64,000 nucleotides of DNA from Octopus sinensis (taxonomy: Eukaryota), in NCBI RefSeq assembly GCF_006345805.1, contig NC_043006.1:61318001-61382000 (forward strand), in the 5' to 3' direction. Both the position numbers and the translations under genes were made by a program. Below are positions 52,717 through 64,000 of this stretch, one piece after another. Within the stretch, counting starts at the first letter, position 1. Every line of letters starts with the position of its first letter. The notes below the pieces were generated by a model, which saw only the letters and a program-made list of their open reading frames with translations, was not told where the DNA came from and searched no databases.

Positions 52717-52795
52717 TATATATATAATATATATATATGTATATATATATATATATGTATATATATGTATATATATGTATTATATATATATATGT

Positions 52796-52826
<31 letters not shown>

Positions 52827-52945
52827 GTATGTTATATATATATGTATATATATGTATGTATATATATATGTATGTATATATATATGTATGCATATATATA
52901 TATATATATATATGTATGTATATATATATGTATGTATTATATATG

Positions 52946-52996
<51 letters not shown>

Positions 52997-53070
52997 ATTA
53001 TATATAGAATATATGTATGTATGTATATATATATATTATGTATGTATATATATATATAATATATAATATG

Positions 53071-53129
<59 letters not shown>

Positions 53130-53140
53130 TATATGTATAT
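52630..53140. repeat. Long degenerate (TA)n/(TATG)n microsatellite
   Basis: Directly visible. Confidence 0.97.
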
Positions 53141-53253
53141 AATCAAAGCAATTAAGATTCAAGTAACTTCCAATGAATTTACTTGAATGTGGTACTTAAC
53201 CTAGATGCACCAGAAAACTATATGGTGTTATCCATACAGTAATGTGGGGTGAT

Positions 53254-53909
53254 TATAAACGAGAAAGAACAAGAATGGATTGGTTTTTAGTACATTGTTT
53301 CATACAAAGACAGGCTTTATTACAAGTTGCAAAAATTGCAGCAGATAAAAGTGTCCCGTACTCATCAGCTAAAATACATTTGAGTTCTCTAGACATCTTA
53401 GTGGGTGAGGTTATACTCATGAGATATTGAGATAGTTCCATTAGAGGCAGATATAGGTTGTAAACAGTTTTCCAAAGTTCCTTAATGATGATGCACAGTC
53501 TTATCACAGATTTTTAAAAACTTATTAGTTTCGAAGAGGATGAATCATCCATAGTGTAGATTAAATTTTCAGAGATAAATTTTCTCTGAAAATTTAATCT
53601 ACATATGGATGATTCATCTTCTCTCGAAACTAATAAGTTTTTTAAAAATCTGTGATAAGACTGTGCATCATCATTAAGGAACTTTGGAAAACTGTTTACA
53701 ACCTATATCTGCCTCTAATGGAACTATCTCCAATATCTCATGAGTATAACCTCACCCACTAAGATGTCTAGAGAACTCAAATGTATTTTAGCTGTGAGTA
53801 CAGGACACTTTTATCTGCTGCAATTTTTGCAACTTGTAATAAAGCCTGTCTTTGTATGAAACAATTGTACTAAAACCAATCCATTCTTGTTGCTTCTTTC
53901 TCGTATATA
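53254..53909. repeat. Near-perfect ~650-bp palindrome (~320-bp arms, 7-nt loop)
   Basis: 53259-53575 is the reverse complement of 53583-53904 with about 10 differences, mostly 1-nt indels plus one 4-nt indel. Loop taaattt at 53576-53582. Confidence 0.97.
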
Positions 53910-53931
53910 TGTATATATATAATAGTATATA

Positions 53932-53967
<36 letters not shown>

Positions 53968-53972
53968 ATATG

Positions 53973-54036
<64 letters not shown>

Positions 54037-54104
54037 ATTATATATATATATTGTACATATATAATATATATATATATATTATATATGTGTTGTGTGTGTG
54101 TGTG

Positions 54105-54500
54105 TGTCTGGAAGATCCTGGAAGGAATCGTGCGAAAGTTTGGCATTGTAAGCTACACCAATGCTAGAACGGGACGACACTACATATTGCCAAATATCCC
54201 AGCAATGCCATCACGCTTCAGGACCAGCTTCTGAAGGGCCCACAGCTTTTTAATATTCTCCCAAAGAGTCTGAGGAACTTGCACAAAATAGATGTAGCGG
54301 TTTTTAAATCAAAGCTGGACATCTTCCTGTCAAGAGTCCCAGATGAACCTACCTCACGGCAAGAGGTGCAAATGAGAGTAGCTATATCAAACTCCATTCT
54401 TCACCATTGCCACATATTAGACGAGGTTCGTCGTAATAACAGTGTTACACAAAACGGCGGTGCATCAGCATGGCCGCAGCTCTGAGCTGAAACTAGAAAA
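54105..54500 (+). mobile_element. CR1/L2-group LINE 3' end relic
   Basis: VWKILEGIV..RTGRH..(fs)GPQLFNILPKSLRNLHKIDVAVFKSKLDIFLSRVPDEP..SNSILH, then a short 3' UTR and (TA)n. Confidence 0.65.
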
Positions 54501-54663
54501 TATATATATATATATGTATATATGAATAAATAAATAAATATATATATGTATGTATATATATATATATATATATATAAATATATACATATATATATATATA
54601 CACACACATATTTATATATTTCTTCTTCTTCTTCTTCTTTTCTTCTTCTTCTTCTTCTTCTTC

Positions 54664-54738
<75 letters not shown>

Positions 54739-54743
<5 letters not shown>

Positions 54744-54860
54744 CACATATACTTAACATATCTGCTTTCTGTATTTTCTCTTGTGGGTGCATTAATGTGG
54801 CGCATTATATTCACTCTAGAAAAAAAACCCAAAGAACATATGTCGAATTTATGTGGTTAA
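54739..54860. mobile_element. 114-bp MITE-like element with TTAA flanks (piggyBac-like)
   Basis: TTAA|CCACATAtacttaacatat ... atatgtcgaattTATGTGG|TTAA. TTAA at 54739-54742 and 54857-54860. Confidence 0.55.
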
Positions 54861-55169
54861 TAATATTTGATATTATTTGTTACACTAGATCTGATTTTAC
54901 TTTACACAAACACACACACACACACACATACCTCACACATAACACACGCACGAACAAACACACACACTTCAAATACTTTTCTGAGAACGGTCGTGCGTAA
55001 AATTTCCTTGATATTGGGTCGCGACACAGAATGTGTCTGTATGTATGTGTATGTGTATGTGTGTGTATATATATATATTATATATAGATATATATTCTTT
55101 GTATGTACTGTACGTATATATATATATTTCTTTGTATGTATGTAATATATATATTTCTTTGTATGTATG

Positions 55170-55216
<47 letters not shown>

Positions 55217-55651
55217 TATATTTCTTTGTATGTATATATATATCGATTTTTGCGCTTGGGTTGCAAGATTTCCGTATGTGAAATTGTGCGTTGAAACAAA
55301 TTTTGTTGTGTCTGGGGAGAGTCATAATACCTGAATGTTACCCATTCACCCTTTTAATTGCTATTCATTTATTTATTCATACTGTCTATGCTTTCCACGC
55401 TTTTCAATGCAATCCCCTGCGACAAACGTCATGTAATCAAAGTATCCTGGTCTGAAGACTACTTTGCGGTCTAACCTTCTTTTGGATGATTACTATGTCC
55501 GAGATTTCGCTAGCTATGGAACATACGTAGACTGGATTTCATCTACTCTATTTCCTAATTTTAGATACACATACGTATGCACCTGCATTCACGTATACTA
55601 ACACACCCACATTTAACACACACACACACTCACACACACACACACACACAC

Positions 55652-55707
<56 letters not shown>

Positions 55708-55898
55708 TTTCCCGATTCGAATGAGAAAATAGGACTTGAAATATGGCAAGTATTTTATATGTAAAGTATTTTATTTTGATATTTAGAAGAAACATTAGCA
55801 TGACTCAAGGGTTCAGAGTTTTATGCATTGGCACTTTGAGGAGTGTCAACGCACTAAAATCTCGCTCTTTCACTACGTCTATATATATATATATATAT

Positions 55899-55980
<82 letters not shown>

Positions 55981-55984
55981 TAAT

Positions 55985-56156
55985 CGTTAGCCACTACACA
56001 CATTTTTTCTCTCCTTGTTTTTTCTCTGTCCCTTTCAGTAAAGAGATAGGCTCGAAACGTAAAATTCTTTTTCTATTCCTGAGCGTTATACTAATACATC
56101 TGTTTGTTTTGTACCACCACCTGTCTTCGTCTTTTCGTTTTTTTCGTAAACTCTCC

Positions 56157-56160
<4 letters not shown>
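55985..56160 (+). mobile_element. PLE-type terminal repeat with hammerhead remnant (related copies at 57785-57935 and ~59180-59460, both minus strand)
   Basis: AAGAG atagg CTCGAAACGTA at 56041-56061, plus the cacctgtctt(c/g) block shared by the three copies. Confidence 0.5.
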
Positions 56161-56199
<39 letters not shown>

Positions 56200-56355
56200 T
56201 TATGTATGATTAAGTCTTTCCTTGTTTGGTTTTAAAATAGTGGTTTTGTCTCGATTATTTATAATATATATATATATATCTATATATAATATTTATATAT
56301 AATAGGTTGTATGTATGTATGTATATACCTATGAATAGTTTAATGGACGGATCAG

Positions 56356-56745
56356 TGGAGGCGCAATGGCCCCGTGGTTAGGGCAGCGGACTCGCGGTCA
56401 TAGGATCGTGGTTTCGATTCCCAGCCGGGCGTTGTGAGTGTTTATTGAGCGAAAACACCTAAAAGCTCCACGAGGCTCCGGCAGGGATGGTGGTGATCCC
56501 TGCTGTACTCTTTCACACCACAACTTTTCTCACTCTTCCTTCCTTTTTCTGTTGTACCTTGTATTTCAAAGGGCCGGCCTTGTCACTCTCTGTGTCAACG
56601 CTGAATATCCCCGAGAACTACGTTAAGGATACACGTGTCCTGTGGAGTGCTCAGCCACTTACACGTTAATTTCACGAGCAGCTGTTTTCCGTGATATGGA
56701 TCCAACGGAACCCTCATCGTCGTAACCGACGAGTGCTTCCTAAAA
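56356..56745 (+). mobile_element. Full-length tRNA-derived SINE, family C, with 11-bp TSD
   Basis: A-box TGGCCCCGTGG and B-box GGTTTCGATTCCC. aatggacggat at 56342-56352 and 56746-56756. Confidence 0.85.
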
Positions 56746-58449
56746 AATGGACGGATAGAAAGATAGGTTTTTGTTGGATGAATGGAAGGCTGGCTTGTTG
56801 GGTGGATGAAAGATGGAAGCATGGATCGATGCAGTCATTTAATTTGTATAGGAAAATATTGGAAATTATTTGAAAATTTGTTTATACAAACTTCAGATTT
56901 TCTAGATATACAGGGATTATAGCTTCCTGCAATAAATGGTATTGGCTATGGTAGATGAAGTTTAAATGAATATAATAAAGAAGAAATGAGAAAACGGAAA
57001 TGGAGAGAGGAGGAAAAATGGAAATTATTGGACAATGTTTGCAGATGTGTGTATCTATATATATAATCGTGTGTTAAACAACACAATGACACATAAACTT
57101 GCGATTATTTGGTCGAGATCTTACACGTATACATATATAAATGTGAATACTTATGTATGTATATATATATATATATATATAGATAATATATATATATATA
57201 ATATCATAATATACATATGTGTGTGTATACATACATACCTACATACATATACACACATATATATATGATCTTACACTTATACATATATATAAATGTGAAT
57301 ACTTATGTATGTGTGTATATATATATATATATTATATATATGTACATAATGTGTGTGTATACATACATACCTACGTAAACATATACAAACATATATATAT
57401 ATGTACACACATGCCCACACACACACACACGCGCAAACACACACATATAAATGTATACAGTAATACCTCGCAGTATGAATTTAATTTGTTCTATGACTGA
57501 GCTTGTTTTATGATCTGTTCGTTTTACAAATCGGTTTTCACTGGCAAAATCTCGTGTAACACGAAATTTTGTCAGCGAACTGGTCGTGGTTTCAAAGCGA
57601 CGAAACTATTTTGACAAATTAAATTTAAATGTTGAAGTGAATTTAACTGTTTTTTTATGTTTTAAATTGCTTATCAACACCTTCTACGCTGGAATTCTCT
57701 TTGCTTCAGCATACGATCTCAGATCAAGTAATTTGCTATGCAAGTGCATCACCATAATAAATTTATATAGTTGGACATTTAAAGAACAAAAACAAAAACA
57801 AAAACAAAAAAAACAAGACAGGTGTATGAACAACAAGCATATGTTTGTACGCTCGGTAAAGTAGACAAATTCTTTTACATTTCGAGCCTACACTCTTCAA
57901 CCGAAAGGAATAAGAGAAAATAAACGGACAATAAAAAGAAACTTCTAGATTTAGCGATCGAGTATGGCAACCGGTTGAAAAAAAGGTTTGACATGGTATG
58001 TTGAAAAAAAGTATTGGTGATCCCGAAACGAAGGTGCACGTGCGTGTGTTTTGAGGAAATATGTGTATGTGGGTAGGGGCTAGTGACTTTGACATTTGTG
58101 GATGTTTGACTGTATAATTGTGTGCGTCTGTAGCATGTGGGTGCGTGGATAATGGATTACGGGTATGCGGATGAAGGTGTGTCGGTGTTCGGATGATGGT
58201 GTGTAGTGCGGGTGCTGGGAAGTGGTCAGTGCTAGTGTGTGAAGTGGCGTGCTTTGGTGTGATGTGGTATGGTGGTGTGGGGTGTGGTGTAGTGATGTGG
58301 TATGGTGGTGTGGGGTGTGGTGTGGTGATGTGGGGACGTGGGGTGTTGGTTGGATGAGGGTGGAGTGGCTTGGTATCAATGAAGATAGAAGGTGGGTGGG
58401 AGTCAAGAGAGGAAATAGGTGTCAGAGGAAGAGAAGAGAGGATAGGGAA

Positions 58450-59460
58450 GTATGAGTGGGATCAGGTGGTATCTGGTGAGAGAGAATGCAGGAGTAAATA
58501 GAGTTTGTGTTGTTTAGTGCGAGCTAGGATCTCGTGGAAAATATGAATTAAATGGATTATGAATCGTGGAGTGGGATGTGCAAAGGAATGTGAAAGACAG
58601 GAGAAAAAGATGGAATAAGCAAGAGGGAGAAAGTGGTTGAGAGTGTATATTTTGGGGACATTAGAACAAATGATGGTACGCATAAGGAGGTAGTAATTAG
58701 TACAGAGTATGGGTAGGATAGCAGAAGCAGAGTGGAAAGTGGGGAACAAATGAAGGCAGAAACATTTCAGTAGGAGGTGGTGGTGGAAGCAGCGACTGAG
58801 AAAGGAAACATGACTTGAGAAGCGTGATTTTTAAAAACCAATTGGGAAATATTGATAGAAGGTTGAAAGCAGCGGGAAGGAAACGTGGAAAGATGTTTCT
58901 TTAAGCGGTGGTGAATGCGGAGAATGAATGATTTGTAATAGCGCATGTAGGAAAAAGGAGAAAAAGGAAAAAAGATAAGAAGAAGAAAATGTGAGAGAAT
59001 GGCAAAGTAATAACGTTCAGAGTATGGAGTTAATAAAAATTCAAAAGTCGAGAAAAGAAGAATACAAATAGAAGAAAAGGAGAGAAAAGGAGAAGAAAAA
59101 CGAAAAAGTCGAAAAACAGAAGAAAAAGAGAGAGAAAGGCAAAGTAACAACGTAAGGAGTGTGAAAAACAAAAAGTTCAATATAGTTCAGACCTCGGGGT
59201 ATATTCGAGCGATTCTTCATCAACAGAAGAGAACAGTGAAATCCGTGAAAGTATATCGAGTGATAATCCAAGTGGAGAGCTGACACTTAGACGAAAAGAG
59301 GTGCAGAAGGTTCAGACAGTAGTTGAGATATGTTAAGTCCAAAGAGTAGGCCGTTAAAGCAGGATAAAACTGGGGTGATCGCATGAGCGTATAATATATA
59401 GTTGAAATTTACAGAAAAAACAAAAGACGAAGACAGGTGTATGAACAACACGCACGTGTA
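58450..59460 (-). mobile_element. Probable PLE 5' portion (terminal repeat, pyrimidine-rich leader, N-terminal ORF relic)
   Basis: Follows a terminal-repeat copy with an HHR remnant (59198-59226). Translation KSRFSSHVSFLSRC..LLLKCF resembles PLE N-terminal regions but contains no catalytic motif. Confidence 0.4.
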
Positions 59461-61699
59461 ATAGTTTGACGCTCGAGAAAGTAGAGGGATTTAGTACGGT
59501 TTTATCCATACAATTTCAAAGTAAGGTGATTAAAATCAAAATAAGCACAAGGATATCCAGAGGAAATGCAGCACGATGTTTCATGCAAATCCATTTAATT
59601 GAACAATGCAGTCATTACATCAATTTAAAATGCCATCCTCGCCTGCACAAAGACAGAATTTAATTAAGTTAGAACAGATGGAAACATTAGTATAACTATT
59701 CCTAAAATTTCCAAGAAGTTAAGGAGATAGACAAAGAACATGCTACGTTCACTCCAGCATAGAAGCTACTAAGGTATCAAGAAGATATACTTTGTTACCG
59801 ACTGTGTCTGTCACTGAATATTTTTGTTTTTATGGGGTCAGTTTTAATTTATAGACTAGTTTATCAATCCTTGTATATCTAAGGCTGAGAGAACAAAGGG
59901 GCAGTATCTGTTAGGGGTAGGGCTGAGGGAGCAGACAGAAATCATAGTTGGTATAGTCATAAAAACCAACATTTATTAGAAGGAATATCATGAGGTTTGG
60001 TAAAGGAAAACTTAAAACAAGATGTTAGCTGACAATTAAGGGGTCGCCCGCTAGCAGACCATTGATAATGAAATAGGGGAAGTCTTATCATGTAGTACTA
60101 TAGTTAAATATTTTAAAGAATGTTGCTATATTGTATACAGTTAAAGTTTAGGGTTATTCAGAGGTAGGTTATTGGTAGGAGAAATCAGTACAACACAGCA
60201 CCTCATAGTGAACATAAGTATAAACACATTCTCACTTGCGTGCATGACCAATTAAACATACACACTCTCTATCGTCACATATATGTATATTTACAGGCAT
60301 GGATACTGTATGTGTGTGTTTATGTGCATGCAGGTTGACGTGTGTGTGTGAGTGTGTGGAAGGTTATGTTTTGTATCTATGTCTGTATAAGAATATGTTT
60401 GGACATATTTATTGTCTGTAACCGTATGTAAGAGATGGGGCTGCGTCTGACTTTCTTATTTTTCAAAGAATGTTTATGGTTTTGGAATAAATACGATGTA
60501 GAATAACCTGATATAATCCTGAAAAATTTCTCTCATGTCACGTTTGTTCTATCGGAAGAGACTGACCTTATTTAAAATGCCCATTGCTTCCTGTCACACT
60601 TGTAACTGTTGACAAATATTATTCCCTTGCAGTGTGTAAAGGTCACATAAGCATTTCAGAAAGATCAGAGACTGACAGCTTTGCCAACTGAAAAAAAAAA
60701 AAAGAAAACAAAAAACAAAACTCTTCAACATCTCCCTCACTCATTTTTGGTGTTTTTTTCATATACAAAAGAGTATGGTTATATTTATTCCTGCTATCTC
60801 AAGTCCAAAAGTTATTTTTCTGCCGAAATTATTTCACAGAAATATTTTTATCAAAACATTTATCGAAGTTAATTTTCTATATTCCGTCAGAATAATGTAG
60901 ATGTATTTAGTGTATCAAGAGAATTAATCTCCAATACATTTTAATTTTAAAATTTACCCCTCATAGAAAACGTACAAAGACGGCGTATACTTGCAACCAC
61001 TACCAAAAGGATATAGCACAGTATCGAATACAAAAATACAAAACAATTTCTTTACATTCTGGACTAACGTTCAATAAGTTCTCTCCTATACTTTCGTGTG
61101 TATTTATATACAAACATATATATCTACATATATACATACAAAGCACCGATACACGCGACTTTTCCAATTCCTCTATTGATAATGCACTTTACATAGTAAC
61201 ACACAGGTCAAAAAGAATTAGTCAACGCACTAAATTACAAACCAGAACTCAGACACACACAACACAGTCATAATACTAGTCATACCACAATACATTACTT
61301 CTCCCCTGTACAACACACCAAAATCAATGAACGAAACAACGAATATAAGAAACATGATGTCCTCTTGTACAACCCAATACATAGTTCATATGTTTCAACG
61401 AAGATAGCCAGGGAAATTTTGACATTTAGACAAACGTTTCACAAAATTAATATAGAGTAGCATATGCAACGCACGAATAACAGAAAAATGGGCCTGGTGT
61501 TGAATAACCCTCCTACTGGAATTATAACTTATGACGGGCTAACCACTCCTTGTTCGATAAATACAAAAAAAGTAGCAAATAATGGAACAAAATGTTAAGA
61601 AAAGAAAAACACCTGTTGCCGCCACATCATAATACTATCAATAAGCAAACACCGTAATGGTGTCGGAAAATGAGATCAGCGCTGCCACAAATGCAGCTA

Positions 61700-62115
61700 A
61701 ATATAATAAATGTACATGCAGAGAGAATGAAAATGCCCATTGGTAAACCTCTGTATGAGTACCAATTTTGTATATGAGTGCACCGTACACACACGGGGAG
61801 AACTGTACGTTTACATTAGGGCAACGGCTGAGTCCTTCAAGAACCGTTATCAGAGCTTCAAGAAAGTCCACAAGAGGCATTCCACATGTTTGGTTGATTT
61901 TGTGTGGCATCTTGAGGAGGACGAAATTAAATGTGTTCCAACCTGTTCCATAATAAAACCTGCACAATTGTATAATAATATTTCTACGAGATGCAGACTC
62001 TGTTCCGAGGAATCGCTATCTATTTCGTGGAGCAACGAGATCAATAATGTAATTTCTGAAAGAATATCATATATATGCACGTTTGCCCAATGCTGTGGAA
62101 ATGAAGTTGGATAAT
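61700..62115 (+). mobile_element. PLE GIY-YIG endonuclease domain relic
   Basis: KCTCRENE(fs)CPLVNLCMSTNFVYECTVHTRGELYVYIRATAESFKNRYQSFK..STCLVDFVWHLEE..SIIKPAQLYNNISTRCRLCSEE. Confidence 0.85.
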
Positions 62116-62494
62116 AGTTGACAAAATTAATAACCACAATTTACCTAAATGTATAGATGAATGAACTGAAATCTCACCATTCTTATAAACGCAATGCCAC
62201 AAAATTTACAATATGAGATGAAAACGCAAAACATTTACATTTATATCTACACTGGTGATTCTAACACTGATATTAATACTTTTTATAGGTTGTCGGAAAA
62301 TGACGTTAACCGCGCATACAAACAATATACATCAACTATGTCTACACTTACGTACATATTCATGACACTAAATTTGCTACAAGTGTATCGACCAGACCTA
62401 GTGAACTGCACCGCAGAATCTGTGACTCGACATCTAGCGTGCCGTATCACTAGTCACATTTAGGGACTAAATTAATTAATATGTTTTTAATTCG

Positions 62495-62845
62495 CTGCTT
62501 CATGGGTTCTCGCACGAAAGCCACGGCCCCGAGTATGCGATTTCTCATGGTTTTCGGTACATGAGGATGTCCGGAGCCGGTGAAGACGGCTTTACTTGTT
62601 TGTCAAGGTTTCCCACGTTACTTGCGGTATGTACTTCTTAAATCCCTAACTGTCACAGTCTTGGATGTCCCACAATCGGATCGTTTTTTCTTGGCGAATA
62701 GTCCATCAGAAAAAAATCGTCGAACCGCGTCCAGATGGCGACCTAACGTCTCCGCAATGATATGAAGAGAGGTTACTTTAGTACTTGCCTTGATGATGAC
62801 AGATTGTTCTTCATCATCAAATTCTTTCCCACGTCCTACTGTTCT
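62495..62845 (-). mobile_element. Tc1-like transposase N-terminal (paired HTH) relic
   Basis: GRGKEFDDEEQSVIIK..IAETLGRHLDAVRRFF..KKRSDCGTSKTVTVRDLRSTYRK*RGKP*QTSKAVF..VPKTMRNRIL. Confidence 0.7.
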
Positions 62846-63434
62846 CAGACAGGAGGGTCGCTGTTAGCGTAGTTCACCTAAAAACTGAAGAACCTGAAAT
62901 AAAAAATGAAAGGACGTTACACAGAGTAATCAAATAATAACAATGGTTTAGTCATTGTGTGAAAACGAACTGGGAAAAGTTTTATCAAAATCGATTCATA
63001 GTGAAGCAAGTAACCCTAAATTTCACTCTTAAGCTATTATCGTGGTTCTGGGTGTATATACACATTTTTTAAAATTGATATTTAAATAAATGTGAGGCTT
63101 CCGCCACTGAAATTGCTAAGCTTCATTCAATATCCCCTTCATCTTCCATACTGCAATACATTATTTAGGCGTTGTGAACGTTCGATCAGCTAACGCGTAA
63201 TACGCATATATAATAGTATAAGCAGTAATTCATACTCCGGATTTTCAAGCATGAGACGACACTCACTTGGCCTCCCCTCGAATCTGAATAAGATATTCTC
63301 TGGAAAACTATTATATGCATTATGTGAACATTATGCATGAAAGACACTGGCCCCATATGCTTATGCTAGATTACCCGATTACGAAGTGTGCATTTAACAC
63401 ATTCATGATATCATATAATTCACAGAGAATATGC

Positions 63435-63790
63435 ATATACGTGGTGTGACCAATAAATATCCAGAGTCTTATAATAGTAACGAAGCTAAAGCACACAGAG
63501 TAAAGCCGCTCGACACAAATTGAACTTGATCTCTGCTCTGCATGGGCAATATGTTTTAACGTTCTGCCGTTTCCAGCAGTACTTGAAAGGAACGTGTGTA
63601 GCATGGGCTCGTCGCATTGACCATGACAGAGAAAACTGAGCAGCGAATCTGCATCAAACTTTGCAAAATGTTACGCGATACCTGCCCAGAGGCCAATGCA
63701 AAGTTTTCAAAAAGTATTCATCATTCACGACACGATCAAGGAAATTTTGTGCAACTGAAACCCGAGTGCTTTTATGGTGAGATGAAAGCA
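63435..63790 (+). mobile_element. Mariner 5' end relic
   Basis: TIR-like TAcgtggtgtgaccaataaatatcc, then MTEKTEQRICIKLCKMLRDTC (mariner N-terminal EQR..IKF pattern). Confidence 0.6.
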
Positions 63791-64000
63791 GTTTTAGCAC
63801 AAACTTAGCAAACAGACGTCTCATAGCTGAATCTTTAGTGATAATGGACTGTAACTAATCTGCATATCCTTTTATTACTCATAGTTGGGGATTCGGCGAT
63901 TTCCTCTCACATTTGCATGCGCATCTGCGATGATTTTCTCAGTTTTGCTCATTGCGCATCTCCAAGAACGTTCGTCGATATCGACATTTTTCGGCCATCT

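Noticed and set aside
53585-53642. Hammerhead-like pieces near the palindrome axis (CTGAAAA ... GAAAC TAATAAG TT)
   Set aside because: The core lacks G8 and no stem I pairing can be drawn.
55085-57400. Short tandem units inside microsatellites (atatttctttgtatgta x4 at 55.1-55.2 kb; ~150-bp duplication at 57.12-57.40 kb)
   Set aside because: Ordinary slippage products of low-complexity DNA.
58255-58340. G-rich ~33-bp tandem repeat with G-quadruplex potential
   Set aside because: Low-complexity linker of the decayed PLE relic with mostly GG runs. No evidence of function.

Overview
AT-rich eukaryotic DNA saturated with microsatellites ((TA)n, (CA)n, (ATCT)n, (ATAC)n, (AAT)n) and decayed transposable elements. 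The SINE families and repeat landscape look like an octopus/coleoid cephalopod genome; this is inference from recalled repeat sequences, not a search result. I found no host protein-coding gene, tRNA or rRNA gene, and nearly all ORFs in the track are microsatellite translations or transposon fragments. Supported content: about nine relics of Penelope-like elements (PLE; RT and GIY-YIG pieces); several minimal hammerhead-ribozyme (HHR) motifs of the PLE type; Dong/R4, CR1/L2-group and RTE LINE relics; seven Tc1/mariner relics; three tRNA-derived SINE families, some with clear target-site duplications (TSDs); and a near-identical 673-bp tandem triplication. The most interesting observations: (1) a composite element at 45.9-46.4 kb joining a tRNA-like Pol III head, a ~270-nt (AAT)n tract and a hammerhead motif; (2) five fold-back/palindromic structures, four of them within 48.7-53.9 kb; (3) a 119-bp segment copied perfectly, in inverted orientation, into a mariner relic from 4.3 kb away; (4) a mariner insertion whose removal restores a Dong/R4 reading frame. 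All family assignments come from manual translation and motif recognition, and boundaries of degenerate relics are approximate.
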